Positions 35,827 to 46,536 of a stretch of DNA of 64,000 nucleotides are shown one piece after another (within the stretch, counting starts at the first letter, position 1; each line of letters begins with the position of its first letter). The translations under genes and the position numbers were made by a program. Location: assembly GCA_035270825.1 (NCBI GenBank), contig DATESL010000004.1, positions 118,854-182,853 of the forward strand. Reading direction: 5' to 3'. The notes beneath the pieces were generated by a model. It did no database searches. It saw only the letters and a list, made by a program, of their open reading frames with translations, and was not told where the DNA came from. This stretch comes from Candidatus Onthovivens sp. (lineage in GTDB: Bacteria > Bacillota_I > Bacilli_A > RFN20 > CAG-826).

Positions 35827-38214
35827 ATGAAAAAAACTAACTTTAATAATAACTGGCAAGTACGTCACTTATCCGAAAATGAACCTTATAAAATTGTTAA
35901 TTTACCTCATGATGCAATGCTTGATGAACCTCGCAATGAAAAAGCACTTGGAGGATTAAATATCTGTTATTTTGAAGGTAAAGACTATGAATATATAAAG
36001 GAATTTATGATTGAAAAAGATCACTGTTTCGAAAAATACATTTTTGAGTTTGAAGGTGTTTATAATCAAGCTGAAGTTTATATTAATGATCAAAAATGTA
36101 TTTTTTGGCCTTATGGATATTCAAACTTTTATGTTGACGCTACAGACTATCTAAAAATTGGAGAAAAAAATATAATTCGCGTCATTGCTCATAATAGCAA
36201 ACAACCAAATTCAAGATGGTATTCAGGAGCTGGGATTTATCGTAATGTTAATTTATATACTTCCTCTTCTAAGGATTATCTTTTATTAAACGGAGTAAAA
36301 ATAAAAACTCTTTCAATAAATCCTGCAATTATCGAGGTACAAATCTTGACAAGTAGTGATGGAAACGTTCGTTATGAAATTTATGATGAAAATAATAATG
36401 TGATCATCTCTGATGATGTAAAAACTACTAATAAAATACTAACTTTGCAAAAAGAAATTAAAGATCATCAATTATGGAATGTTTTAGATGCTCATCTTTA
36501 TACTTTAAAAGTAAATTATGGAAATGATGAAGTAAGAGAAACTTTTGGAATTAGAGTCTTAGAATATTCAAAAGAGGGTTTCTTTATTAATAATCAAAGT
36601 GTATTAATAAAAGGGGCCTGTGTTCATTCTAATTTAGGAATTATTGGCGCTTACACCTATAAAGATGTTGAAGAATATTTCCTAAATAAGTTATTAGAAA
36701 CAGGTTATAATGCAATTCGCAGTGCTCATAATCCACTTTCTAAATCTTTTTTAGAATTATGTGACCAATATGGAGTGCTTGTTTTAGATGAATTTGTTGA
36801 TTGTTGGTATATACATAAAACAAAATATGATTATGTGAATTATTTTCCAGAATTTTATAAAAAAGATCTCTTTAATATGGTTGAAAAAGACTTTAACCAT
36901 CCTTCTGTAATTGGTTACTCTCTTGGTAATGAAGTTGGAGAAACTTCTCAAGAAAAAGGTATTTTATTATTAAAAGAAATGAATGATTATGTTAAATCTC
37001 TTGATTCAACTCGTTTTGTAACATGTGGAATTAATATCTTTTTTAACTATTTAACTTATTTAGGTTTTGGTCAATACAGTGATAAAAAAGCTGAAAAGGA
37101 AGAACAAAAAGCTATTAATAACCTAAAGAGCAAAAAGAAAAAGAAAGCAGTTGGTAGTGAGTTTTTCAATAACTTAGCTGGGATGTTTGGCGATGAATTT
37201 ATGAAAACAATGGCGACTTTACCAGGTTGTGATAAACAAACAAAAAAAGCATTTGCTCAAGTTGATGTTGCTGGTTATAACTATGGAATAAAAAGATATA
37301 AAAAAGATTTGAAAAATTATCCAGAACGTTTAATTTTAGGAAGCGAGACATTTTGTAATGATACTTATAAATTTTTAGAACTAGCCAAGACTAATTCACG
37401 AATTATTGGTGATTTTGTTTGGGCTGGAATTGATTATATGGGCGAGGTTGGTGTTGGAAGTTGGGAATATAGCGACTACGCCACTAATTTTACTAAGGAT
37501 TTAGGTTGGATTAGTGCAGGAAGCGGACGAATTGATCTTACTGGAAAACTACTAGGTGAAGCCTTGTATACTAAAGTTTGTTTTTTTTCTAGTCTAAAAC
37601 CTGAAATTTGTGTTGTTCCTGTCAATCATACTTTTGATAAACACTCTCCTTCAGCCTGGAAAATGAGTAATGCCTTAAACTCTTGGTCTTTTAGAGGATA
37701 TGAAAATAAAATTGCTAAGATTGAGATTTATTCCTGTGCTCCTTATATTGAATTATTTTTAAATGATAAGAGTTTAGGAATTAAAAAAACCAAAGAAAAT
37801 ATCGCCAAATTTAAAACTAAATATCAAAGTGGTATCTTAAAAGCTGTTGCTTTAGATTCAAATAAAGTTGAAGTTGCTTCTTCTTATCTAGAATCAGCCG
37901 CTAAGGAAACAATTCTTACCATCGAGGAAGAAAAAAATTATTCGAATTATAATAATTTAAAATTCATTCGTTTTTCCTTTACAGATCATAATAAAATCAT
38001 TAAACCATTAGAAAAAGCTGATATTGAATTAGAAATTAGTGGCGGAAAACTAATCGCTTTTGGAAATGGTTGCCCCTTTAATATAGATGGTTATAGAAAA
38101 AATAAAACATTTACTTATTTTGGAGAAGCATTCGCAGTTATTCTAAAAGAAGATGAAATAGTGACCATCAAGGCTACAACTTCTAATAAAACTTACACTT
38201 CATCATTTAAATAA
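35827..38214 (+). CDS. GH2 glycoside hydrolase (beta-galactosidase/glucuronidase-like)
   Basis: The NLPHDAM.., sugar-binding, Ig-like and TIM-barrel regions (NAIRSAHNP, GNEVGE) are present. I chose the ATG at 35827, with GGAG 6 nt upstream, rather than the TTG at 35815. Confidence 0.85.
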   Translation: MKKTNFNNNWQVRHLSENEPYKIVNLPHDAMLDEPRNEKALGGLNICYFEGKDYEYIKEFMIEKDHCFEKYIFEFEGVYNQAEVYINDQKCIFWPYGYSNFYVDATDYLKIGEKNIIRVIAHNSKQPNSRWYSGAGIYRNVNLYTSSSKDYLLLNGVKIKTLSINPAIIEVQILTSSDGNVRYEIYDENNNVIISDDVKTTNKILTLQKEIKDHQLWNVLDAHLYTLKVNYGNDEVRETFGIRVLEYSKEGFFINNQSVLIKGACVHSNLGIIGAYTYKDVEEYFLNKLLETGYNAIRSAHNPLSKSFLELCDQYGVLVLDEFVDCWYIHKTKYDYVNYFPEFYKKDLFNMVEKDFNHPSVIGYSLGNEVGETSQEKGILLLKEMNDYVKSLDSTRFVTCGINIFFNYLTYLGFGQYSDKKAEKEEQKAINNLKSKKKKKAVGSEFFNNLAGMFGDEFMKTMATLPGCDKQTKKAFAQVDVAGYNYGIKRYKKDLKNYPERLILGSETFCNDTYKFLELAKTNSRIIGDFVWAGIDYMGEVGVGSWEYSDYATNFTKDLGWISAGSGRIDLTGKLLGEALYTKVCFFSSLKPEICVVPVNHTFDKHSPSAWKMSNALNSWSFRGYENKIAKIEIYSCAPYIELFLNDKSLGIKKTKENIAKFKTKYQSGILKAVALDSNKVEVASSYLESAAKETILTIEEEKNYSNYNNLKFIRFSFTDHNKIIKPLEKADIELEISGGKLIAFGNGCPFNIDGYRKNKTFTYFGEAFAVILKEDEIVTIKATTSNKTYTSSFK

Positions 38215-38232
38215 ATGAAACTAAAAACAAAT

Positions 38233-38258
38233 AAAAAGACCTCAGAGAGGCCTTTTTT
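38233..38258. terminator. Bidirectional terminator between the GH2 and transporter genes
   Basis: aaaaagacctc-aga-gaggcctttttt; the stem has one mismatch. Confidence 0.6.
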
Positions 38259-38326
38259 ATGTATACTTTGGAGGATACCTAATTCAGTTGTACTTTATAA
38301 TTTTTCATAAAGTACTAATAAGAAAT

Positions 38327-40081
38327 TTATTTTTTCTTATTCTTATTTTTACGAGCTAATTTCTCTTGATACTTAGCTTCTTCAGTTATGAAATCTAAAT
38401 TTTTCTTTGTGCATTTTTCTTTTAATTCTTTAATGCGATTTTCTTCTTCTTCCTTTTCAGCAGCTGCTTGTTCAAGAATTAATCTTTCAGCTGGTTCAAT
38501 CCAAACTTCATTGTTAGCTAAGGCTCTTTCTTTTTGACGAGCAACAATTTGTAATTGTTCACTTTCAAGATTCTTTTCGACAGTAAAGAAGATAATTAGA
38601 ATTGCACAAATTGCATAAGCAACTGTTTCAACCCATAAATAGGAAATATTAATATTTGTTAAAACAGAACTATTTTGAACAAAAATTGTAGTAATTGTTC
38701 CATCCACATTAGTTGTTGTACTTAAAATTTCATTAGTAATATTTGGAGGAATAATTCCATCAATACTAGTAATTGGAGCAACATAACCACCAACACTTCC
38801 TTGTCCAAGTAATCCATTAAAGATTGCAGTACCAATTCCGGTTGCAGCCACCATGATTGAGGAATAGATTGACATCGTAATTCCATCGCATCGATAACCA
38901 TTTTTTGCTTCAAGATGATCTAATTCATCAGAAATTAAGGCTAAAATCATATAACATGCAGGGGCACTTCCTAAACATTTAAGAGCAATACCAATAGCAA
39001 CAATAATAACATTACTTCCACCAATTATAGCAACTACTCCACCAATAACCCCAATAATCATTCCAACAAAAGTAACAATTTTCTTACCAAATTTATTGGA
39101 TAAAGGCCAGACTATTAACGAAGCTAGAGCCATTGGAACAGCCCCAAGAACAGCAATCAAGGTTTGTGTAAAACCACTTCCGCCACTCCCAAGTCCCCAG
39201 AATGCATTGTCTAAACTGTATTCACAGAAATAAACCATCGAAAGATTTTTAATAGCTCCACTAAATTGAAACACTAAGTAGAAAATAATAATGATCCACC
39301 AGAATTTATCTTTACCAATTCCACTAAGTTGTTTTTTCATCGAAATTTTTTCTTGTGGAACAGTAGAATTAATTGTTTCTTCCGTAACTCTTTCACGAGT
39401 AAAATAATATTGAAGTAAAGTACAAATAAAAGTAACAACACCAACGCCAATAAAGGTAATAGTCCAACTAATTTGTGTTTTTAAAAATAAGGAAACAACA
39501 ATTGGGAAGACCATTGAGCCAGCTCCCATTACTGCTAAACCAGCAACGTTTGTAAAAGAAGCAAGTAATCCACGACTCTTTGAGTTACGAGTTGAAAGAG
39601 GGATTAAAGTTGAATTAGCAGTATTATATAAAGGATAAGCAACGGCATAATATAAGTTATAAGAAATTCCTAAGAAAATCATCTTTCCAATTAAATTATC
39701 AAATGGAACAATAAACATTAAAACGCAAGCCACACTTAAAACAATTGATGATAATAAGATCCAAGGACGAGCTTTACCTTGTTTTGTTTTTGTTTTCTCA
39801 ATTAATTGACCAACAACTAAGTTTCCAACAACAATTAAAATTGTTGATAAAAGTGGTAAAAGAGTTAAAAAAGTCGTTAAATGCTCAGAAGTAACTCCGG
39901 CAAAAAGAGTATCTGTAAAATATTTATTTAAAAATGATGTAAAGATTCCACTAGCAAGTAAAGCCCCAATTGGTCCAATAAAATAACCAAAAAACATTTC
40001 TTTAAACTTAACATTGGCCGATTTAATTCTAGTTTTAGTAATTCTTTGATCAAAGAATCCCTGTTTTGTTCCCTTATTCAT
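38327..40081 (-). CDS. Glycoside-pentoside-hexuronide (GPH/MFS) family sugar:cation symporter with a charged C-terminal tail
   Basis: About 12 TMs with a MelB/YicJ-like N-terminus (FGYFIGPIG, RPWILLS). The C-terminal tail of about 90 aa is a coiled, K/E-rich segment. Confidence 0.8.
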   Translation of the reverse strand: MNKGTKQGFFDQRITKTRIKSANVKFKEMFFGYFIGPIGALLASGIFTSFLNKYFTDTLFAGVTSEHLTTFLTLLPLLSTILIVVGNLVVGQLIEKTKTKQGKARPWILLSSIVLSVACVLMFIVPFDNLIGKMIFLGISYNLYYAVAYPLYNTANSTLIPLSTRNSKSRGLLASFTNVAGLAVMGAGSMVFPIVVSLFLKTQISWTITFIGVGVVTFICTLLQYYFTRERVTEETINSTVPQEKISMKKQLSGIGKDKFWWIIIIFYLVFQFSGAIKNLSMVYFCEYSLDNAFWGLGSGGSGFTQTLIAVLGAVPMALASLIVWPLSNKFGKKIVTFVGMIIGVIGGVVAIIGGSNVIIVAIGIALKCLGSAPACYMILALISDELDHLEAKNGYRCDGITMSIYSSIMVAATGIGTAIFNGLLGQGSVGGYVAPITSIDGIIPPNITNEILSTTTNVDGTITTIFVQNSSVLTNINISYLWVETVAYAICAILIIFFTVEKNLESEQLQIVARQKERALANNEVWIEPAERLILEQAAAEKEEEENRIKELKEKCTKKNLDFITEEAKYQEKLARKNKNKKK

Positions 40082-42653
40082 AGTTTTTCTCCTCTATTAA
40101 TATTTCTTTAATTTCATATTCACCACACTCAAGCTCAATTACTTCCTTACTTGGTAAGATTAATTGACACTGACTTCGTAATGGGACTTTAACTTTAATC
40201 TTAAATTCATTCCCTTCAATTTGATAAGCCATAGCAATTTCTCCATAAGGAGTAAGAGTTGAGGCCTTTACATAACTTAATTCAGTACTAATTTTTGGTT
40301 CAATCTTAAACTTTTGATAACCGGCACTGATTTTTTCAATTCCCGCTAATCTTTTATATAAGAAGTCTCCAACTGCTCCAGAAGCATAGTGATTGAAAGA
40401 AATCATTCCTCCAGTCCCATCTTCCTTTAAAACACATTTCCCATCTTCATCTAACCCATCATATTTTTCCCAAATTGTTGTCCCACCAACCTTAACAGCA
40501 TAAAGCCAAGAAGGACATTTAGTATTTAAGAGCATTTTCATTGCTTCATCAAAATATCCATTATCTGTTAAAGCAAAGAGGATATAAGGAGTTCCTGGGA
40601 ATCCAGTCCCAATACAATAATTATTTTTTCTAACTAAGGAGATTAAATTTTTTAAGACTGCTTCTTTTATTTTTGGACTTAGCATCTTAAAATATAGAGG
40701 TAAGACATATCCAGTTTGGAATTCATCTTTAATTTTCCCGTCTTTAGAAAGTAATTTATTTTCATAAGCTTCAGAAACTTTTTCTGCTAAATTGTAATAA
40801 TAAATAAAATCTTCATCTTTTTTCAATAATTTAGCAATCTTAGCAAGTTGATAACTAGTATTTTTTAAACTAGCAGTTGCAGTATATTTAGATCTTTTTT
40901 GCCATGCTGACATTTTATCAACATCAGGTGCAACCCAGTCCCCAAAATGAAGAGTTGATAGTGTATTCCAAATATATCTAGACTCACCAACACTCCCAAG
41001 TCTTGCCCAAAAAGCACAAGCATCAACATATTTTTTCATTGACTGATATGCTTCTTCTAAATAAATCTTGTTCCCACTTTTAGCATATAAAGCAAGAGGA
41101 ACATTTATTGAAGCATCGCCCCAAAATTCCACTGCTAAAACTGGCATTGTTGTTGGAAAACCATATCCTTGAGTAGGAATTGTGTTAGGAATTCCTCCAC
41201 TTTTTAACTGTTCAGAACGTAAATCAATTAACCATTTATCTAAAAATGATTCCATATCAAAATTAAAACAAGCGGTCTCAGAAAAAATTGAGATATCTCC
41301 AGTCCAGCCCATTCTTTCATCTCTTTGAGGACAATCAGTTGGTATTTCAACAAAATTTGATTTTGCACTCCAGATGATATTTTCTTGTAAACGATTTAAA
41401 AGTTTATTAGAACATTCAAAACGTCCAACTTGTTCGATCTCAGAATATAAAACATAGGCACTAATCTTAAAATCTTTAGCCTCAATTCCCTCGACACTAA
41501 TATAACGAAATCCCATATAAGTAAATTCTGGTGAATAGACTTGAGGACCTTCTTTACAAATATAACGAATTTGAGCTTTTGCAGTACGTAAAAGGGCGAC
41601 ATTTAAACGATTATTTTCTTCTAAAACCTCAGCATGACGAACGGTTATAAGCTGATTTTTATTTGCTTTAGTAATATTTAATTTAACAATTCCTGCAAAG
41701 TTTTGTCTAAAATCAAAAATCAAACGTCCTTGATCATCTTTACCAATAAACTTAGGTTTTAATTTTTCATGACGAACAACTTTTGGTCCATATTGAACAC
41801 TAATTCTAGGATTAATCTTAATTTTTTCAAGACTAGCAGAATGAAATTCTACTTTTTTTAAATCAATATTAGCATCAAATATTTCTCCATCATAAAATGA
41901 TGTTTCTAAATAAAGACTAGATAAACTTACTCCCCAAGACTGATCGGTTGTAATAACCTCTTTACTTCCGTCACTATATGTTAGATGAATCTCAGCAAGT
42001 AAAGCTTGACGAGGGGCACTTATTTTATTTTTACGAGTCATTGTAAAGGACCCAATGGCCCATCCTCCAGCCACAATAAAGGTTATATTATTACTATTAT
42101 TAGTTAATAAATTTTTAATATCATAAATTTGATATTGTAAATTATTTTCATAACTGGTAAACCCAGGTGCAAAATAAGCATTACCAACTTTTTGGTTATT
42201 AATATTTAAATTATAGATTCCTAAAGCTGTTGCATAGACTTTTGCTGCTACTAGTTTTTTACTAATTACTAAATCTCTAGAAAAAACCATAACTTTAGGA
42301 TCACTCTTTTTCTCCTTAAAATGATATGAACCATCACTAATCCATTTACCATCCCATGAAAGATCCATGAAACCAGTTTCTAAAATAAGCTTCTTTTGAT
42401 ATGTTAAATTGTTTTCATCAACAACTTCTAAAGTCACTTCATATTGACTAAAGGGTTTTAAAGATTTCCCATCATAAATACAATGTGTCAAATCTTTAAC
42501 GTCCTTTTTCCAATCTAAAAGGGAAATATATGCACTTTTAATTTTAGCTTTACGATCACTTGATTCAATAATAAAACTAAAACTTGGTCTAGAGTTATCA
42601 CTAAATGAAACAGTTTCAGTATTATTACATTTAAAATTTCTAATCTCTAACAT
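40074..42653 (-). CDS. GH78 alpha-L-rhamnosidase
   Basis: Motif DCPQRDERMGWTGD and the (alpha/alpha)6 region. 859 aa, no signal peptide. Confidence 0.9.
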   Translation of the reverse strand: MLEIRNFKCNNTETVSFSDNSRPSFSFIIESSDRKAKIKSAYISLLDWKKDVKDLTHCIYDGKSLKPFSQYEVTLEVVDENNLTYQKKLILETGFMDLSWDGKWISDGSYHFKEKKSDPKVMVFSRDLVISKKLVAAKVYATALGIYNLNINNQKVGNAYFAPGFTSYENNLQYQIYDIKNLLTNNSNNITFIVAGGWAIGSFTMTRKNKISAPRQALLAEIHLTYSDGSKEVITTDQSWGVSLSSLYLETSFYDGEIFDANIDLKKVEFHSASLEKIKINPRISVQYGPKVVRHEKLKPKFIGKDDQGRLIFDFRQNFAGIVKLNITKANKNQLITVRHAEVLEENNRLNVALLRTAKAQIRYICKEGPQVYSPEFTYMGFRYISVEGIEAKDFKISAYVLYSEIEQVGRFECSNKLLNRLQENIIWSAKSNFVEIPTDCPQRDERMGWTGDISIFSETACFNFDMESFLDKWLIDLRSEQLKSGGIPNTIPTQGYGFPTTMPVLAVEFWGDASINVPLALYAKSGNKIYLEEAYQSMKKYVDACAFWARLGSVGESRYIWNTLSTLHFGDWVAPDVDKMSAWQKRSKYTATASLKNTSYQLAKIAKLLKKDEDFIYYYNLAEKVSEAYENKLLSKDGKIKDEFQTGYVLPLYFKMLSPKIKEAVLKNLISLVRKNNYCIGTGFPGTPYILFALTDNGYFDEAMKMLLNTKCPSWLYAVKVGGTTIWEKYDGLDEDGKCVLKEDGTGGMISFNHYASGAVGDFLYKRLAGIEKISAGYQKFKIEPKISTELSYVKASTLTPYGEIAMAYQIEGNEFKIKVKVPLRSQCQLILPSKEVIELECGEYEIKEILIEEKNYE

Positions 42654-42677
42654 ACATCTTTTCCTTTCTTTTTAAAG

Positions 42678-42723
42678 AAAGAGACCTCAGTCAATAAATA
42701 TTATTTATTAATGAGGTCTCTTT
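42678..42723 (-). terminator. Long hairpin/terminator between the surface-GH3 unit and the GH78 gene
   Basis: 12-bp stem aaagagacctca (42678-42689) / tgaggtctcttt (42712-42723) with an AT-rich loop. Confidence 0.6.
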
Positions 42724-42732
42724 AAATTTTAA

Positions 42733-43218
42733 CTATTCTTTAATAGGTTTAAAGAAACACCCAACAACAACAGTTAACCAGCTTAATAGATAGAAGACAA
42801 AGCCAGTAATTGCTACATAAGCTGAACTTAAGTTAGCAGGAGTTTGAACTTCTTGAATAACGTCATCATTAGAAGCAAAGATATAAGCTAAACCTTCGGC
42901 TCTAGTGGTGATAAAGAAGATTAAGGAAATAATAAGGAGAATTGCCCCAGCGATTTTTAAGATCGAAACAGTTGGAGCAACTACTTTGTTAATTGTCCCT
43001 TCGAATTTGAATTGAGCTAAGACAATTGATCCAAGTAAGGCAATAAGTCCAAAGACTGAAAGTAAAACAACTTTTGATTCGTTAGTTCCTTGGAGATAAC
43101 CTTCAACACTACCGTTTACTGAATATAAGATAAAAGCAACGATACCTAATAATAAAGAAACAGCAATGATAAAGGAACTAATAGATTGTTTTTTAATAAA
43201 GTTTTTCATATTAATCAT
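42733..43218 (-). CDS. Four-TM membrane protein of unknown function, translationally coupled to the surface GH3
   Basis: 161 aa with four hydrophobic helices. Its start overlaps the GH3 stop by 8 nt. Confidence 0.5.
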   Translation of the reverse strand: MINMKNFIKKQSISSFIIAVSLLLGIVAFILYSVNGSVEGYLQGTNESKVVLLSVFGLIALLGSIVLAQFKFEGTINKVVAPTVSILKIAGAILLIISLIFFITTRAEGLAYIFASNDDVIQEVQTPANLSSAYVAITGFVFYLLSWLTVVVGCFFKPIKE

Positions 43219-46200
43219 TCTCCTTTTTCATTTGAAGAGCAATAAGGACACCCCAGGAAGCAAGAGCAACAGCACCAAGACTATAGGAAGTAATATTAAT
43301 TGCGTTTAATGCTAATTCCCATGATGGAGTAACAAATTTAGTAGAAATATTTAAGATAGCAGTATTTGCAAAGGCAAATAATTGATATTTCATAGCTTCA
43401 CGAGATAAATCAACAAGTTTTTGATCGTGTTTGACAGTTTCAGGAGATAAGTAACCCCAAGTTGCGTCAACACCACCATTTCCCATATTTAAGTGTGAGT
43501 TGTTACCAGCAAAGTCTGCCATTTGAGTAACACCTGCTAAGGCACATCCCTCTGGATTGAAGTAATATTTATTATTCATCATATCAGTAGAGATTAAACC
43601 ATCAAAGTTCCATTCTTTACGTAATAAATTTTGTAACATTCCAACGTGGTGAGAAGCATTGATAGCTCCGATTCTGTTAAATGCCACCATGACTCCCATT
43701 GAACGAGCATCTTCAATAGCGCCTTGGAAACCTCTTAAGTCTGTTTCACGGAATTTTTGTTCATTCATATAAACAGAGATTCCTGAACGGTTATGTTCTT
43801 GGTCATTAAATCCAATGTGTTTTGGAGCGTTTAATAAACCAAATTCATTTGAACCAACGATTAATTCACGTCCAAGAACGTTTGTTAACATTGGATCTTC
43901 TGATAAGTATTCAGTATTACGGCCATTATAAGGAGTTCTGTGATAATTTAAACCACCGCCCCAAATTTGGTATTGTTTAATCCATAAGCCAGTATTTCCT
44001 AAAATTTTACCCCAATCACGAGCCAATTCTGGGTTAAATGATGAACCAAGAAGAGTTTGTGAGTTAACAGCAGCTTTGAATTTTCCAGCTTCTGATTCAG
44101 GATCAACAAAGTATTTATCAACTTCAGCAGATTCGCCATTACCAGCAGATAATCTTTTACCATTGAATCCATTAGGACCATCATTTTGAGTGACGACTGG
44201 GTTTTCAATATTTGATAAAGTATCAGATTGTGAACCACCATGAGCAATTGCTCCTAATGCTTCTTCAGCAGGAATTGCATCAGCTAATTTATCCCAATAT
44301 GGATCATCAACACTTGTAATTTGATCATAGCCAATTTCAGTTGCAGAGAATTTAAGACCTTTGACGCCGTCAACGTTAGCAACGTTATCAGTATCTTTAA
44401 TTACATATTGTTGGTTACGTAATTCTTTTAACCATTCGTCTTTTTTAGGAGAATCAGCAATAGCAACAGTGTTTTCTTCTTTTGTGAAGTCAACTGGCCA
44501 TGTTCCTTTCCAATCAGATCTTGTTAAATGAGTAGAAGATCCTGGAGCATAATAGTTTAAGTCAGCATTATCAGCAACGTTGGTAATTTTTTCACCAGCT
44601 TCACTAACAGCATATGTAGTAGTATCAGTTTCACCAGCATTAATCCAAGTTTTAACAGCTTTTAAATCGCCTTTATTATCTGGAGTTAAATTTTGAGCAG
44701 TCATGATGTTATTTAAAGCTTCATGAGCACCATTTCCGGTTGCGAAGTAATATGTACCTGCATCCATAATATAGGTTTTAGCATTTGTATAGTCATAGCT
44801 AGCCATATATTTTGTAGGAATTGAGATTTCAACAACTTTAGTTTTTCCTGCTTCTACATCAACTTTAGCAGAATTTAAGAATTGAATTGCACTTTTTTCG
44901 ACTAAGTTTTTACGATCATAATCAGTATATGGTGATTGAACGAATAATTCAGCACGGAATTTTCCGTCTTTATCACTCTTATTAGTAATAGCAACTGAAG
45001 CGGTAATGTTTCCACTAACACGGTCTTCAACTTTAACACTTAATAATTCTTCACTATAATCTAAATAAGATAAACCATGCCCAAATGTATAATCAACTTC
45101 TTTAGCATAATCCCAGTTGCCAACATTTGTTGAACCAGCTTCAGATTTTGCATTATATGAAGGATTAGCAATTGCATCATAATAACGAGTTTCATAGTAG
45201 TTATAACCAGTATAGATTCCCTCTAATTGGTTTAAATATGTACCACCATTATAAGTTGCAGATCCACCAAATGAACCAGCAGCTTCATTAGTAATTGTTT
45301 GACCTGGCCATCTTGAATCGTTGAATTTAGCAACGTCTTTATAATCAGAGTAATGACCAAGACCAAAGTTTTCCATAGCTGGGGATGATGTTGAGGAAGT
45401 AGCATAAGTATCTGCTAAGGCTCCTGTTGGGTTAACGGTACCATCTAAAGCTTGAACAACACCTTTAAATTGGTAGTCATTAGGAATTCCAACATAAGCA
45501 ATTCCATCAACTTCATATTCACCTTCAGTTAAAGGTCCAACTTCGATTGTACATGAAGTATTTAATAAAACGACAACTTTTTTACAAGTAGCTTTAGCGG
45601 CTTTAACAACTGCTAATTCATCAGCGGAAAGAGCTAAAGGGTTTTTTCCTGTAGGTTTTCCGTCAACATCTAAAGCACTACCTGGCTTATAAGTGGTTCC
45701 TTCACCACCTGGACGGGAGAATGTAACGATACCGACTTCAGCATCAACTTTTTCTTCCCAACCTTGAGATTCAAATCCTTCACTAACGAAACGATTTGGG
45801 TTAACTTCATAAATTTTAAAATCAGTATAATCACCAGCAGCTTTGTTTGGTGAGTGAATATAGTTTCTAGTAATTTCACCAGTCCATGGATGAACTGATT
45901 CAGTATACTTTGAGAAAATATCTGCATAAATAGCATCAACTGTTGCATCAAGCTTAAATCCAGCGTCTTTTAAAGCTTGAGTTAATATGATTTGATCTTC
46001 ATTAAATGAAGCACTCATATAAGGCGAATAAGAAGCACCTCCAAAAACAGCAACTGGTGCAGTATTTTTTAGTGGGAGAACACCATTATCATTTTTCATA
46101 ATAACAGTTCCTTCAGCACCTTGTCTGACAGCAACATCTTTTGCTGCTATCATAAGTTCTTCTCCGGTCGAGTAAGATGACTCATACTTTACGTCTTCTG

Positions 46201-46351
46201 CGTTAGTGATATAACTCGATGTTCCAAAAACCCCATCGATTGTTGCTCTATATTCATTAACTAAGCCACCAGCACAAGTGGTAGCAAAGCCTATAGAGAG
46301 CAATAAGGCAGCAGCGCCAAGTACAAGATTGTTAAGTTTTTTTCGTTTCAT
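43211..46351 (-). CDS. Large surface-exposed GH3 glycosidase with reversed (permuted) domain order, an N-terminal lipoprotein-type signal and a C-terminal TM anchor
   Basis: Signal MKRKKLNNLVLGAAALLLSIGFATTC. The alpha/beta-sandwich and Fn3-like region (FGHGLSYLDYSEE) comes first, and the TIM-barrel catalytic region comes last (RTPYNGRNTEYLSEDPML, KHIGFNDQE, GLISTDM). The C-terminal helix is YSLGAVALASWGVLIALQMKK. Confidence 0.85.
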   Translation of the reverse strand: MKRKKLNNLVLGAAALLLSIGFATTCAGGLVNEYRATIDGVFGTSSYITNAEDVKYESSYSTGEELMIAAKDVAVRQGAEGTVIMKNDNGVLPLKNTAPVAVFGGASYSPYMSASFNEDQIILTQALKDAGFKLDATVDAIYADIFSKYTESVHPWTGEITRNYIHSPNKAAGDYTDFKIYEVNPNRFVSEGFESQGWEEKVDAEVGIVTFSRPGGEGTTYKPGSALDVDGKPTGKNPLALSADELAVVKAAKATCKKVVVLLNTSCTIEVGPLTEGEYEVDGIAYVGIPNDYQFKGVVQALDGTVNPTGALADTYATSSTSSPAMENFGLGHYSDYKDVAKFNDSRWPGQTITNEAAGSFGGSATYNGGTYLNQLEGIYTGYNYYETRYYDAIANPSYNAKSEAGSTNVGNWDYAKEVDYTFGHGLSYLDYSEELLSVKVEDRVSGNITASVAITNKSDKDGKFRAELFVQSPYTDYDRKNLVEKSAIQFLNSAKVDVEAGKTKVVEISIPTKYMASYDYTNAKTYIMDAGTYYFATGNGAHEALNNIMTAQNLTPDNKGDLKAVKTWINAGETDTTTYAVSEAGEKITNVADNADLNYYAPGSSTHLTRSDWKGTWPVDFTKEENTVAIADSPKKDEWLKELRNQQYVIKDTDNVANVDGVKGLKFSATEIGYDQITSVDDPYWDKLADAIPAEEALGAIAHGGSQSDTLSNIENPVVTQNDGPNGFNGKRLSAGNGESAEVDKYFVDPESEAGKFKAAVNSQTLLGSSFNPELARDWGKILGNTGLWIKQYQIWGGGLNYHRTPYNGRNTEYLSEDPMLTNVLGRELIVGSNEFGLLNAPKHIGFNDQEHNRSGISVYMNEQKFRETDLRGFQGAIEDARSMGVMVAFNRIGAINASHHVGMLQNLLRKEWNFDGLISTDMMNNKYYFNPEGCALAGVTQMADFAGNNSHLNMGNGGVDATWGYLSPETVKHDQKLVDLSREAMKYQLFAFANTAILNISTKFVTPSWELALNAINITSYSLGAVALASWGVLIALQMKKEND

Positions 46352-46367
46352 TATTTTCCTCCTTTGC

Positions 46368-46384
46368 TTAACAATGAATGTTCA
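46368..46384. promoter_or_regulatory. Candidate operator half-site pair (TTAACA-N5-TGTTCA) just upstream of the surface-GH3 RBS
   Basis: ttaacaatgaatgttca. It shares the TGTTCA/TGAACA hexamer with the sites at 46537 and 50242. Confidence 0.35.
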
Positions 46385-46536
46385 TAGATTTTGTCTATAA
46401 TTTTTAAATTCAATCACGAAAGAATTTAGCGTCTATTTTTTCGTTTCTGATTTAATTATTACATATTACATTGTAAGCGCTTACTTTGAAACATTGTGAG
46501 CACTTATTGATAAATAATCTTAAAGATAAATGCAAT

